DNA of 64,000 bases from Lama guanicoe (GCA_013239625.1 MU053645.1:984274-1048273), one strand, 5' to 3'; positions 40,249 to 53,902 are shown, numbered from the stretch's first letter. Numbers and translations are program-made. The notes: generated from the sequence alone by a model not told the origin.

Positions 40249-40459
40249 TTCCAGCCTTTGGGTTTTCCTAAGAAGATCTTGTCTTCTTGTTCACATGTTT
40301 CTTAGCCACTCCAATTCTGGAGTTTCAAAAATTATGTAACTCCTTATAATAAAAGGTTACAGACTGAAGTTCGTTCTTCTAGCTCTTCCTTTCATGATCT
40401 TCAAGTTCTGGATAATTCTTCACTGACAAGATGATATCTTCTCTTCCAATCCTCTTTAA
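40249..40459 (-). pseudogene. Relic exon (211 nt), the most coiled-coil-like segment
   Basis: ttaacttgaatgccctatcag|TTAAAGAG...AGGCTGGAA|gtaagg. Reads KEDWKRRYHLVSEELSRT*RS*KEELEERTSVCNLLL*...ETCEQ / QDLLRKTQRLE. Confidence 0.58.
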
Positions 40460-42164
40460 CTGATAGGGCATTCAAGTTAAGTGGCTACAAAGCAGTTAAC
40501 TTAAAAGCAACTTGCTTAAATACCAAACATTCACAGAATGACATTAGGGAAATTTCCCTCTCCCAACCCTGTTTCACTAATTGAGTTAGGAAAAAGTCAA
40601 AAGATAAGAAAAGACAAGCCCCCAAAGTGTGATGTTCTTTCTTTATAATTGAACTGAGAAGAACAGGTCAAAAACTAGAAGGGCTCAGTCAGGCTGGTAA
40701 GATCTATACTATTGTACCTACTATTGAACCTCTTACTCATTAGTCTGTTTCTTGAAGATGGAATAAACATCTTAATTTACCTTCTTGGGAACATATCATA
40801 GGATATGGGAAAGAGAACTGAAGAGCATTAAAAATCCTGGAATAGCAAATAAGTCATTTTGGGATTCATTAACCACTCCCCAAACTCTATAAAGCTTGCT
40901 CTAAACTCAACATTTGCACCAGCTTGCCAGTCTTCAGTTTAAGGTGACAGTCTTAGATAAGAGTGTGCATTATAACTAAGAGACAAACAATGAATACATT
41001 CACGGATTATTTTTACATATGTGTAGCTTATATAGTAATTTAAGGCATGATTTATATCTTGGTCATTATTATATGAAAGTATTGATAAACTTGGCTCCCT
41101 GATACAAAATTGAAACATACTTATTAAATGCTAATGGCTACTTCTCAGTAAACATAATAGACTGAACAGACACTTTGTTCCTTATCTCCTCTCCAAAACC
41201 CCACTAAATTGACATTAAATAAACATGCACAAATAGAACAGGAAAGAAGATAATAGCACATAAGGAATGTCAACAAAATTTTGGAAGCTAGAAAACAAAT
41301 AAATGAGTAGAAACTAATTTAGCATACTAAACAAAGTGAAAATGTAAGTCATGTCAGGAAATCAACAAGAAACAAGCCTACTCCCCCCATGCAATTCTTG
41401 AAACACACAGATATTTAAGATATCAGGTACCTCTGAAGACAGAGCTTGAAACGGGGCTCAAAAGATGATTGGTGGAAAGCCTAGTAAGAAACTATTCTAG
41501 ACACCCCCATCCCCTCCCTTAATCTTTATCCAGGTATTCCAGATAAGGAGAACTGTATAAAATCTAACAAGACATCATACCTGAAAACCAAGGGTAAGGG
41601 TTGCATTAACTACACTATAGGGGGTCAGTGTTGGTGAGTCCGGGTAGTCCACCTAGCACACTGAGATACTTGGACAAAATAGGAAGAAGTAATACCTTCT
41701 AGAAATAATTTAAAGTCCATGCATGAGAATAAATTTAATTACAAAGAGAATTTGTGTCAATTTCAAAGCAATCTGAAATCAATGGGCTGTACATGAGTCG
41801 AGCAAAACAAAATAAACTAACAACTGGAAAGGCAAGTAATTCTCACTGCAATACCAACAAAATAGGTCTTTCTGTATGGTTCACCAAAGGTCCCTTGGAA
41901 GAGAATGCTCCCAAAGTATCAAATATATGTAGTGGCGAGGAAAGGAATCAAGAAAAGAAGAAATCCACACAGGAACTCAGAAAATGCTCTGACTAGCATT
42001 CTAGAAAACAGGAGAGAAAACAGATCTGAGAAAAAACAGATGATTTACTCCTATCTGATTTACTTTTTTTGTGAAGTCTTTGCTCAGCATTCACAACTTC
42101 TCCCTGAAAAATGTAGATCCATTCCTACAATACTGTATTGAAACTTTTAGTTTAGTTCTGTTTA

Positions 42165-42325
42165 CAGTTGTGTCTCTCTTAACAACTTCTTAAACACATA
42201 TTCATGGGCCTTGCCTCCAAGTTTTTTATTCAGTAGGTCTGAGATGGGCTGAAATAATTTTCTAACAAGTTGTCAGATCACACTGATACTGCTGGTCTAG
42301 GGACCACACTTTGAGAAGCCCTGTA
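42165..42325. mobile_element. MER5A-like hAT DNA transposon
   Basis: ttcagtaggtctgagatggg...ttctaacaagttgtcagatcacactgatactgctggtctagggaccacactttgagaagccctg. Confidence 0.75.
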
Positions 42326-42423
42326 AACCAAATCTGGTCCCAGACTCAGTAGCTCCATCTAACTTCCAGGCAAACTGAGTCATCCATAAGGTTCCCTTCA
42401 AAAATGTCATGTCTCAACTTGAG

Positions 42424-42742
42424 TAGCACTGTCTCATAAAAAACTAATGTAAGCCACATGTGTAATTTAAATATTTCTAGTAATCATATTAAAAAAGTAA
42501 AAAGAAACTGAAGTCAATTTTAATAATACAGTTTATTTAACCCCAAATATGCAAAGTATTACCATTTCAACATGTGAGCAGTATCAATATTCTTGAGATA
42601 GTTTACATTCTTTTTTTTCCCAATTAAGTTTTTAAAAGAAGTTGTGTGTTTTGTACTTCTAGCACATGTGAAATCAGACTAGCCATGAAACAAGCACTCA
42701 GGAGTCCCACGCAGCTAGTCTTCTCTGAATTGGACACTGCAC
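42424..42742 (+). mobile_element. MER33-like hAT-Charlie DNA transposon
   Basis: gcactgtc...aatgtaagccacatgtgtaatttaaatatttctagtaatcatattaaaaaagtaaaaagaaac...attggacactgca follows the MER33 consensus as I recall it. Confidence 0.8.
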
Positions 42743-42784
42743 TTCTAGAGGTCAGATCTCTACCTCTCTCTTTTTAAAAAATGT

Positions 42785-43032
42785 TTACAAATAAATAAAT
42801 AAAACAAAACAAACAGAAACAAGCATGTGGATACGAGGACAGAGAAGTGGTTACCAGAGGGGAAGGGGCAGTGGGGAAAGTGAACGGGGTAAGGCAAGTC
42901 AACTGTATGGTGACCGATGGGATCTAAAATTATGGTGATGAGCACACTGTAGGGTATACAGAAGTAGAAATGTAATGCTATACACGTGAAACTTGTATAG
43001 TGTTCTAAGCTAATGTTACTTCAATAAAAATA
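42785..43032 (+). mobile_element. L1 3' end fragment
   Basis: gtggttaccagaggggaagggg...caactgtatggtgaccgatgg...aatgttacttcaataaaaa. Confidence 0.8.
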
Positions 43033-44138
43033 AGTCTCAAAAATTATTTAAAACCTGGTATTTTAATTTATTTTGGGCTGCAATCAAAATATTGAAAATA
43101 ATCACACCCAATGGTGGAAAGTGATACTTTTAAATGAAGATAAGATAGGCCAAACCACAACTAATATTATCCTCCATTCCATTAAAAATAGTATTCAGGG
43201 ACCAAAATTCAATTTATAAACAACTTTGTCCATAGGTTTATATTTTGCAAATTCATATTACTATATAATAACCACTTTTGTTTGAATAATAGTAATACCT
43301 GAGGTGCTAAAGTACTAGATAATATGGATAATATGGATCCTTTAATTAAGATGTTAAAATTATATTATGACAAAACAAGTGGATAGTTTCTTCTTGTTAT
43401 AACAATTTCCGTGTTAATTTTGTAGCAAATATTTGTTATTGAAAATGGGGAAAATACAGTTAAGCAAAAAGAAGACTATAAGAATTACCTGTAATCTTAT
43501 ATCATTAATTCCTTTCACGTGTCTGTCTAGACACTATTCCTTGCCTGTAACTGTATACTATTTTTGAAAGCAACTGTAATGTACATAATGCTTTGTGACT
43601 TGCTTTCTTCAATTAACAATATGGAATGAGTATCTCTGCATGCTTATATAATATCATTCTATAAAATCATTTTAAATGGTTATCTAGCACCGCAAGGGCA
43701 TACCATAATATATATCGAGTCCCTTTTTATCGGACGCTTAGCATTTTCATTCTTAAAAACAACACTGAGATGCAAATGAGATAAAAAGCTGTCAGATTCA
43801 GCTAGCGCTCCCTACACACGGTATCATTCTGCAGATCCCTTTCTAACAAACCTTGCTCCGAAGTAATCACTCTCCAATTTCAACTTCCAGTGCTATCAAA
43901 CTTTAGAGTATATCAGAAACATCTGGACAGTTTTGTATATTTGTTTGTTTTTAATGAAGATCTATCTCTAGGCCTTAGCTTTAGAGTCTGACTCAGCAAG
44001 TCTGGTGCCGGGCCTAGGGATCTGCATTCATAATACACTCCCCAGGTGATTCTATTGCAGGCAATCCCAATTTTGAGAAACACTCTTCTGGTCCTTATTG
44101 TCACATTTAAAATAAATTCAATAATATTTTTCATTTAC

Positions 44139-44164
44139 CTGCACACACTGCTCGAGGAAATGCT
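44139..44164 (-). pseudogene. Candidate micro-exon (26 nt)
   Basis: ttttctgcatttatttatttcag|AGCATTTCCTCGAGCAGTGTGTGCAG|gtaaat. One frame reads HFLEQCVQ. Confidence 0.4.
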
Positions 44165-45027
44165 CTGAAATAAATAAATGCAGAAAATTTATCACTCTGA
44201 ACCAAATTTCTCCTCCCAGTCACCAAAATCTATTTTTAAAGTCCCTATAGTTCTTATTATAACAAAACTAATATTCTAGTACATAATTTCTTCCCTAATA
44301 CATTTTTAAAGAAGAAACATGGTTAGTGTTTTGCCTGTTGCAAATGGCAGGCTCTATTTTGCAGCTGATCTACAGGCCTAATTTCCTACGGACATGGATG
44401 GCATTTGCACAGCTTTGAATAATCTCTGTAGCCACCATCATAGACTGCGCTGTTCGCTGAACTGTCCTCATCAGACAGGGTGTCCATTAGTTTTAATGGG
44501 CATTATTCAGAGCTGGGGTTTGTAGGATTATGTCTGAAAGGGCTGAGCAGTATTGGTGAGAGTCCCTTAACGTTGTTTAAAATTCTATCCACAAATCAAA
44601 TGCAGTTAATCAGCCTCTCACTAGTGACAGTTGACAGGAAACAGACAATCCAAAGGCACAGGCTGCCCAGAGCAAACAAAACAGAACATATCCCTTCCAC
44701 TTTGTTCAGCGGCCTCAAGTGATAAGCCCAGAAGAAACTGATATTCTGAAACGTTGGTGAAACTTTGTGAAATATTCCAGTGGCAGGACAACATCCCTAC
44801 TTCCACTTCTGAAGGGAGACAAAGGGTACTTGAAAACTGTGCTTCCGCCTAGAAAATCAAAGGCAACTACCAGACCTTATTATCTTCCAAGAATTATTTT
44901 AAAACACTAGAAAACTGTTTCCTGTGATCGATGGCTCTGAGCCTGAATGCAAGCAAAATAAACTATCTGTAATGATACATCACTATATTGTGAGCCTTGC
45001 CACAAAAAGCAGAAAGAAAGGCCACAC

Positions 45028-45116
45028 GTAGTCTTGCAAGACATAGTCTCTCGATTGCTTGTTCAGATAAACTCTATCTTATAGTGATTTTTCTCTTCTT
45101 CTGAATCTCATCGGTC
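45028..45116 (-). pseudogene. Possible relic exon (89 nt; weak splice sites)
   Basis: ...gtaccag|GACCGATGA...; DR*DSEEEKNHYKIEFI* would follow KEENKL*TAVNILEE from 48560-48492 in phase 0. Confidence 0.35.
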
Positions 45117-45829
45117 CTGGTACATACACTCTTACTATCCCGCATTGCCTGTATATATAATGTGTCAGAGTAATTTACTAGTTCTATCAAGAGTATATCA
45201 TGAAAGATCTCTGATTATAGGACTGTGCCTGCCACTGCTGTTGCATGCCCATTGGCACAGTCACATGGTACTCGCACAACGACATGGTACCACACATGCA
45301 TGTATGCATACACATTCTTGCTCTGTGACGTCTTCTTAACTATAAAATTACTTTGCTTAATAGTGAATAATGGGACTTTAATCTGAGCCAGTGGACTCAT
45401 GACTTATTTGGGATAAGTTAACGTCTTTAGCCAAGCATGCTTGTTCCTAACATTTTTTATCATATTTACTAATAGACACACACACATGGAAATGAAACAG
45501 CCACTATTAGGCAGCCACAAAGTAAAACAATATCTATATTTAAGTCTCATTATCATACTGATTTGCCTGCAGCATGCTTCATAAACCTTCATAAACATTT
45601 TCCAAATTAGTACTTATACTAGCCTACCAGAGAAAGGACAGGATTGTCTGCTGAAACAAGAATGATGGAGCTAGAGCTAGATGGATACATACGGTCAAGT
45701 AGGAAACGCACTGGACTGTGACTCAAGAGAAAGAGTTCCATTTCAGAATGGACAAGTGACTTTGAACAAGTCATATTACCTCCCTGCTTCAGCTTTCTCA
45801 TCTGTGAAATGAAGAATTATGCACTAGAT

Positions 45830-46740
45830 TTATTCATTCAATATATACTGAATGCCTATCAGGCCCTCTTCTAGGTGTTAGGAATACAGCAGAGAACAAG
45901 ACAAATCCCTGCCCTCCTGGAGCTTACCTTCTAGTGAGGGAGAAAGACAAGGAACTTCAAAAAGATTTTAAAATGGTCATTTTAGATACTGACAGGTGAT
46001 ATGAAGAAAAATGAAGATGGTTAAGGAGATACAGAGGAAAGGTAGGAGGGAGAGTGAATCAATGACAAGATAGGTTGGGGAAGATCTCTCTGAGGAGGTG
46101 ATATTTAAACAGAGGCTTGAATGAGATAAGGAGATTGTTGTGCAGATAGCTAGAGGAATAGTATTCCAGGCAGAGGGAACAGAAAATGTAAATCCTCTGA
46201 GCAGGAAACAAGCTTGGTCTTTTTAAACAATGGCAAGAAGTTCAGTAAATCTAGAGTAGACTGAGCCAGGAGGAGAATGGTAGGAGATGAAGTTGAAGAG
46301 GTAGGTGGAGGCCAGCTTATACAGGGAGTCATAGATCATGGTGAGAGGCTGTGATATTATTTGATGCATTATAGAAAATCTTTACAGTATTTTGATCCTG
46401 GAATGACATATTTTGATTTATATTTTATTTTATTTTTATATATGTTTTTATTGAAGTATAGTCAGTTTACAATGTTGTCAATTTCTGGTGATTTGTATTT
46501 TAAAAAACAATGTATTGTAGTTCAGCTAAGAGTGGAAAGATGAGTAGGGAGGCCACTGCAGTGAGACATGGCTTGGACCGCGGTGGTGATAATAGAAAAT
46601 AAAACAGACTTGTGGTTTGTTTAACAGGCTGAGTTAATAGGACTTGGCAACCGATTCATCAAATGTGGGATATGAGTGGGGAAAGGAGGAATCAAAGATG
46701 ACTCTTAGGGTTTGGACTCAAACAATGATTGTCTAAATGG
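45830..46740 (-). mobile_element. LINE-2 3' region with a 61-bp nested L1 tail
   Basis: ttcattcaatatatactgaatgcctat...ccctgccctcctggagcttaccttctagtg...attccaggcagagggaacag. Nested tail at 46428-46488. Confidence 0.85.
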
Positions 46741-48491
46741 TTCTTGTTTTGGACATTTCACCTATGTTCATAAATTAGATTGGATTTTCTGATTCTGTCC
46801 TTTCCTGGTTTTATGATCAAGGTTATACTAGACTCATAAAGCGAGCTGAGTGGCTTTCTTTTTTCCATTTTCTGAAGTTGTTAAGGTAATCTGGAGTGTT
46901 TTATCCTTGAAAGTTAGGGGAAATTTGCCAGGGAAATCATTTAATCACCTGGACCTGGAATCATTTTTTGGAGGGGGAGGTGCTTAGTTTTTATTACTAA
47001 TTCAAAATATTTAAGTATATTGGTTTATGAAGGTTTTCTAATTTTTCTTGATAATTTTGATAAGTTATCTATCATATTAATATGTCCATTTCATTTGTTT
47101 ATAATTTTATTGGCATAAATTTGCTCCATAATATTCTCTTCTGATTTTTTTTTCAGATTTTTGTTTTATCTATCACTGTATCACTGTTTTCATTCCTAAT
47201 ACTACTTGCATATACCTTTCTCTTTTTCTCTTCCCTATGACAGTAAGCTTCATGATTGTCTTAGAAGTTGAATGCTGTAAGGAAAGTATTTAGAGAAGAT
47301 CTACAAATATATCAATTTAATAGAACACCCCTAGTCATTCCCATTCTTTCTTTTGTGTAGTGGGTTCATAAATTAAATGTGTGGGTGGCTATATAGAATG
47401 GGATGTTATGAGACTGGGAAGAATTACAAAATTTAAAGAAAAATCTTAGGAACAAAAGAGAAGCAGAACCCCCAAGACCTCACTTTATCAGGTTCTAAAA
47501 ATGCAAGTTTGCTAGGCTGACCATATACAAAGATGAAATTCAAATATTTAAAACACATTCAGAGAAGTACTTTTCAATTTGTTCCTCTCTTTTTCAAGAA
47601 AGGAACAATTTACCCAGTGACTATCAATAATGGCCATCAAGTGGTGATAGGATAGTATACAAATATAAAGAGAAGAACATTTGCAAATTGAAGGCAAGGA
47701 TACACAGTCGATTTTGAGTAACTGACCCAAACCGTCTTCCTCTCCTTGGAGGCAACAATCCACACTATAGAAGAAACTTTAGAACCAGAACGTTCTGAGT
47801 TTTAATCCTGGCTTTGACACTCACTAGTTGTACGACTAAGAACACCACTTCTGTGTTTCATTATCATTATCTGTAAAATGGGGGTAATGTAACTGACTTT
47901 AAGGAGTCCAGGAATGCTAGGGGACTCCCACTACTTTCCCTTTGTTACAAGCCAACTCAGCCACCTCTTGAGAGTTAGTTCTTTAGCTTTTACTGTGGTA
48001 TTTATATTTCTAAATGTTTCCAGAGTTCATTTCTATTGAAATCCTAATAAATATTTACCTTAGAAAGTTTTTTTTTTTTTAAGAACTCATCCTGGGTAGA
48101 ACCAGAATTGTTGGGTAGAACAGAGGGAGTAACGTCCAACCAATATATACAAAAAGGTGACAATTTAATGTATTGATTACTAAGCTGACTACATTTAATG
48201 AAAAAAAAAATTTTTTTTTACCACATTGATTACTTAGCCTTGTCTAAATAAGAGCCCTTAAAATAGCTCACTTTCTCTCCTTTAAAGACTCACAAATTAG
48301 TAGCAAATCCATAATGGAATAAGAAGCTACAGCTCTCCGAGGACAATGAACTTGCTGAGCGGTATTTAATTTCTCATTGTACAGTAGTTAACTACATTAC
48401 CTCATATCAATATTAAAATACATTGATGCTCTTTTAAAGAGAAACCTTTTCAGTCCGTTTGGGTAGTGTCTATACTTTACCATCAGCTTAC

Positions 48492-48560
48492 CTCTTCCAG
48501 AATATTTACTGCAGTTTATAATTTGTTTTCTTCCTTGTTTTACATTTATTGCCTTTCTCA
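48492..48560 (-). pseudogene. Relic exon (69 nt)
   Basis: tttgttcattaaattctag|TGAGAAAGG...CTGGAAGAG|gtaagc. One frame gives NKEENKL*TAVNILEE; another is open (RKAINVKQGRKQIINCSKYSGR). Confidence 0.5.
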
Positions 48561-49489
48561 CTAGAATTTAATGAACAAACTATAAAAGAATTTAAGATTT
48601 TTAACCTGACCTTATTTTTATTTACATTGGCCAAGTTAGGAACTGATGGTTATCTATAATATCAGCAATATTTCTAAAATAGATGGCACATTTCATAAAA
48701 GTTACTATTCATTAATTACACAGCTGCCATTCTGGAACTGCAATATCATTTAGTGCTAAATATAAAATCTGTTAGACTTGAAGCTGAGAGAATTTTTCAA
48801 AGCTAATTAAGTACTTAGCTATTGGAGTATTTCTTTTTAGATCCAGATAGAATATTCAAAAGTGAACAGCATTTTTACTGGCTGAAATAGAGTTCAAGAC
48901 AGACCAATTCCTACTAACCTAGAGAAATGTCTCACTCCCTATAAAGACTCATCCAATTTGTGTCAGAGTTCAAAGAACAATAACAACAAAAAAAGATTGT
49001 CTCGGTTGATGTAATTTGAAGGTTAAACAGTGGTAATTTGTGAAAAACAACATCTCAGAATGTTTTCCATTATTGCTTAATCTACTGTGTCAAAAAATAC
49101 TTTCCTTGCTAAGAATTATTTCTCATCTCCCCCATCTCTGTTCTGTCAAAGGCCAAAGGTGCTACCAAGACAAAGTTTGATTTCCTTTTTGCCTTGGTAG
49201 TACTATCCCAGAAAATAAGAAACTACTTTTCTTCCATAACATTCATACCAAGAGAAAAAAGGTTGAAGAGAATTCAAGGAAATGGCAAGTATCAATGTAG
49301 TTTGATCCTCGGTCCAGAATCTGATGATAGAAGGGGACAGCTAATTTTTGTTCTCAAGAGTCAAAGAATAAGGAGGAACAGGATTGAGAAAGTTCTTCAT
49401 TAATATCTCACAGGACAAGGGGATCCTATTTATATTATGAAGCAAAGATAAAAGTATCAGTGTAGCACAGGCAATCATGGGAATAAGAG

Positions 49490-49720
49490 GGACTAGCATT
49501 TGTTGAGTGCCTAGCATGTGACAAGTACTATACACTTTGTAGCATTTAATCCTTACAATGACCTTGTAGCATGGGAACAGTTAGTCCCATTTTACAGATA
49601 AGGAAACTAAGATGCATAGAATTTATTTCACTTGCCCGAGATCACACAGGCAGTAACTGGGAGGGCTAGAATTTGAAACTAGGTCTTTCTTGTTTCAATG
49701 CATCCCCCTCCAGCTATGTT
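49490..49720 (-). mobile_element. MIR SINE
   Basis: cccattttacagataaggaaactaagatgc...cttgcccgagatcacacag...gaatttgaaactaggtct. Confidence 0.85.
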
Positions 49721-50139
49721 GCTTCCATAAGGAATTCACTAATATATAACCACAGGAGAGAGTGTCAACTAAGTTTTGGGCAAAGGGTTACCAGGTGCTG
49801 AACAGAGCCCTGCCAAAGCAAGTGGGCTTCCAAAACACATAGCCTGACGGGAAGTAACCAAGTCCCTAATCACCTGAAAATTAGAAAATACTCAGATAAG
49901 TCCTGGGTCATTAACTGGGGACATTAACATAACTAAATGAACAAAAAAGTGAATAGCAAAAGGCCCTAGACTAAGTGATTGTTAAATGGAAATAAGAGGA
50001 ATCCCATTGCCTCCATGAGAACCAGATGAACAGAAAGAACTTGCTCCCTAGAAAAACAGCCCTATAGAATACAACATTAAACAAAACAAAACAAAACAAA
50101 ACACAGGTTCAGGGGCTTTTTTGTCTCCCTGAAGCCCCA

Positions 50140-50612
50140 TGTGGTAAACTGCATCATTGCTCCTAATCCTTCTCCTTTCCTTAGATTCATGTCCTTTGCC
50201 ATAGGACTTTGTAGTGCCCCTGACTAGAGGCAGAGAATATTTCCTTGCCCCACTGAGGTTAGCCTTGGCCACATGATTTGCTTTGGCCAACGGAATTGAT
50301 ATAACATCAGTTCCAACTTCAGTCTTTAAGAGCCATTGCATGTTTCCACTCATCCCTCTGGCATTTCTGCCATTACCATGGGAAGAAAATGTCCCAGGTA
50401 TCCTTTTGGTCTAAGGAAGATGAGAAACCTGTTGAGTAGACGTGGGCTCAACCTGCGGCTTGGAGCTCAGCCTAGCTGAGCCCAACCTAGATCAGCCAAC
50501 CTCCAGTTGATTTCCAAATGTATAATTGAGAATAAATTATTATTGTCTTAAAGCCAGTGAGTTTTGTAGTGGTTTTTTAAGGCAGAATTATTATAGCAAT
50601 AGTTGACTATTA
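50140..50612 (+). mobile_element. MaLR solo LTR (MLT1-type)
   Basis: ttggccacatgatttgctttggccaacggaat...aataaattattattgtcttaaagccagtgagttttgtagtggt...atagcaatagttgactattaca. Confidence 0.8.
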
Positions 50613-51709
50613 CACTCATTCACAAAACTTTTCTCCATCAAGAGTCTATATAAGCAAAGAACCTCTACTCTAAAATATTCAAGTCCAGTGTGCTGCTCTA
50701 TGCTGTATACACATTTCTGAAAATTAGTGTCTGAATTCAATTTTACACAAATCAAATGCTATGTTTCCCACCAACTTACATTATAATGTTTCAGTGTTTT
50801 ATCCTCATTTCAATGGTCATCACCCAGGCAGCAATTCCTAACGCTTTAACTATTTGTCTCTCTGCTCCTCAGTTCTTTTCTGATGAGTAGTCAATGATGA
50901 ACAAACAAATCTTTAAAAGTATGAAAGGAGAACATCTTTATAGGAACCTTATGGTGATCGCATTTGTAAGTTAAAGAATCTGTCTGTAATGGGAACAATC
51001 GTATCCTTATTTATCTCTTTGGCAAGTTTGAATTCCTGACACCTGGGTCAGTGGAGTACCTCAATAACCAAGCCTGCTTCTAGGCAAAGTGCAGTATTTA
51101 TCTTGATATAAAATAATACTATTTGTTATATTTTGGTTGCTGAAAATTTAGTATGATACTTAGATCTCATTCCATGTAGATAGTGTTTGGATAAACATTC
51201 TTGTAACGGAAGTCAAGGTATATGACTGAGAAGTCTCCATTTCTGGTTTACATTTCTTTCGAGGAACAAAGAAAAGCAGACAAGGTACAATTTGGCAGAG
51301 TCCATTGCACTTAGATGCCCAATGTATATTGATGGACCTTAATTGGCAGAAAACTGAAATCGGTTCTAGTCTCAGCTCTGTCACTTACTATAACTGTGTG
51401 AGTGTGGGGATTTGGATAGGTTGTAAGAAGGAGGAAGGACATTTTAGGCAGAGAAAGGGTCTACACAAGGATTTTTTAAAAAAAGGAATGGGCATGAGGT
51501 ATTCAGTGAGCAGGGAGAAGACCAGCCAAACAAGAGAAAGATTTTAAGGGTAAGAAGGAAGAACACAAAATTTTCTATGGCATAAAATGTCAGGCATATC
51601 ACCTACGGATTCACAATAAATATCTGAAATGTTCGGTCAGCTTTCCTCAGAACACAGAAAGAACCAGGTGGAATCAAAGAGAGACTGACTTTTGTATTTC
51701 CATTCATAC

Positions 51710-51781
51710 TGTTAATTTAAAATCCAGAGGAAGTTTCATTTTTCTATGAATCATTCCCTAAAGGAAGACAACTCTTCGAAG
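51710..51781 (-). pseudogene. Relic exon (72 nt)
   Basis: gcatcttgtttgttgttctcag|CTTCGAAGAG...TTAACA|gtatga. FEELSSFRE*FIEK*..., symmetric phase 2. Confidence 0.4.
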
Positions 51782-53755
51782 CTGAGAACAACAAACAAGA
51801 TGCAATTTATAATAGTATTCAAAATTAAAATGTTACTGAGACTATAGCATGTGTGTCACTCAATAGAAAGATATAGGAAATACATATTCAGGAGCAATAA
51901 GCTTCAAATTAAATAAATAGCATTAAAGCTTATAACAAAATTATAGATAAGTAATTCAAACTCTCTCAAGGGCCTTATATACTTCAAGAAAAACATCTTC
52001 CAATTATCATAAAAAGCCCTCTCCAATTTTCACAGTTCATCTATAATAGGCTGATTGCAAATGCAAAATATATGGCTCAGGTAGTGCTGTATATTCAGCT
52101 GTAACTATAACCTTCCGTGTAATGACAAGCAATTGGAATAGCAACACTACTACTTAAGCTACTTAATTCAGATTGCTTGGCATTTATGCTGCTACTCCTG
52201 CTGGAGGGGAAAAACACAAAATATTTGTAATAAACAAGTATTTTCTTATGATTAATCTTTTATCACACAAAAACATCTACCGAAAAAAGAAATCAACAGC
52301 AGAAAAAGAAAATGATTCTTTGACTACAGTGCTCATAGGAAAGTAACATTTTCTAAAATGCATTTCCTACATTATCATCAATGGAGTGCCTGCAGGGAAG
52401 AATAAAAAGAACAAAAGAAAATGTTCAGCTCACAGATTAAAACAAAGAATCCCAAGAAAAGGTTTGTAGATGTCTGACCATTAAGAGCCTTCATGGGGGT
52501 AGGGGGGAGTCTATTTTAAAATTTCATTACATAGTGTCATTATGCAAAAATCAGTAGGGAATAAGGAGACCTGGCTTCATGTCTAGTTTGCTAAGAGTTA
52601 AGCAAAGTGCAGACTCTTCTGTGTAGACACGGAGGGAGGACAGACTGATTTTGGACAGGTCAACGGTTTTATTTTGCAGCAAACTTGATATTTATGATGT
52701 CCATATCCTCAAGGGGCCTGGTGGCCTCCTTACCAACATATGGTTTAGTCTTTTGGGTCCCTTCTCTTTTGTTATTTCATTCTTAACCCACCTCCTTAGT
52801 TAATGATTCCCTACTACATGCCAGCCTGTGTGAATTCTTTTCTTCAAGAAGCTTACCTTCTAGTGGAGTTGGCAGCTATACAAGTAAAGGAAAAAGAGAT
52901 CACATCTTAGAAGATGGAGGTGATGGGAGTTGGGAGGAAGTCAATATTGTCTTCAAAGATGAAGGGACCCTTGAGTTAAGTCTTGGAAGATGAATAGGGG
53001 TTCTCCAGGTAGCCAGGAAGAAGAAACTCCAAGCAGAGGAAATAACATAAAATCCTGAAAGTATGACTAGTCATGGCGTTTGGGAGGAACTGCTGTTATG
53101 CCTAATTAACAGGTCTTGGGTTTAATCCAAGACCCTCCTTTACCTTGCAAAACTCAATATAACTCAAATACCCTAGTATCTGGCAGTTCCCAGTAAACAA
53201 GATTTTACTATATCCAAGTCATATCTACACAACATCACATCACAGATAAACAACTTGATTTACTGAAGAGGAAAAGAAACAGGAGGGTAAAATACCTTTA
53301 ATCAACTTTAAACACATCCTGATACTATGACTTGAAGACCAGAGGCTACTGATAACCTTCCATGTTAAGGCTGAGGTTTCAACTCTCGTCTACGAGAGTG
53401 GCTTCTTAAGGGTGAATTTCCATATATATATATGTGTACTGGCTTACAAGTAAGACCTCATAGAGTTGGGGAAATGCTTCCAAAAACTAATTTTAATTAT
53501 ACTTATTTGTTATGTGCATACATTCAAAGTTTCATGGGCCACTATTCCCTGAAATTCCCTCTCCCTCTCTGGTTAGGGAAGTAGAGTCATCATTACTTCT
53601 TTCTTCCAGTAGCCCTGGAGCCAGGGTAAACAGAGCGCAGAAATGCAGAATAGTACCCACTCAACCCAATGCTGCTTTCCAAATCACTTTATATTTCACA
53701 GGTAGCCTGAGAGTTTTCTTGTCCTAAAGAATGTATAGATACTTCAAACATTCAC

Positions 53756-53902
53756 TTTTCAGTCAGTGTCAGAAGATATCAAGCTAGCTAAAGAGCTTTT
53801 TTACAAAGTGTGCTCAAAGTATTATGTTGCTAACGCAGTCCTTTGGAATAAAGTTTATCATTCCTGACTGTCTTTTTACATCAGATGCACTGAGACAAAG
53901 TA
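53756..53902 (-). pseudogene. Possible relic exon (147 nt)
   Basis: ttccaagttgattttttcag|TACTTTG...CTGAAAA|gtgaat. Length is a multiple of 3, but the translation is not distinctive. Confidence 0.25.

Noticed and set aside
48492..48560. INCSKY as the start of a Kazal (SPINK-type) domain
   Set aside because: I found no downstream exon with the CxxxxxPVCGxDxxTYxNxC pattern, and an alternative frame fits the coiled-coil relic better.
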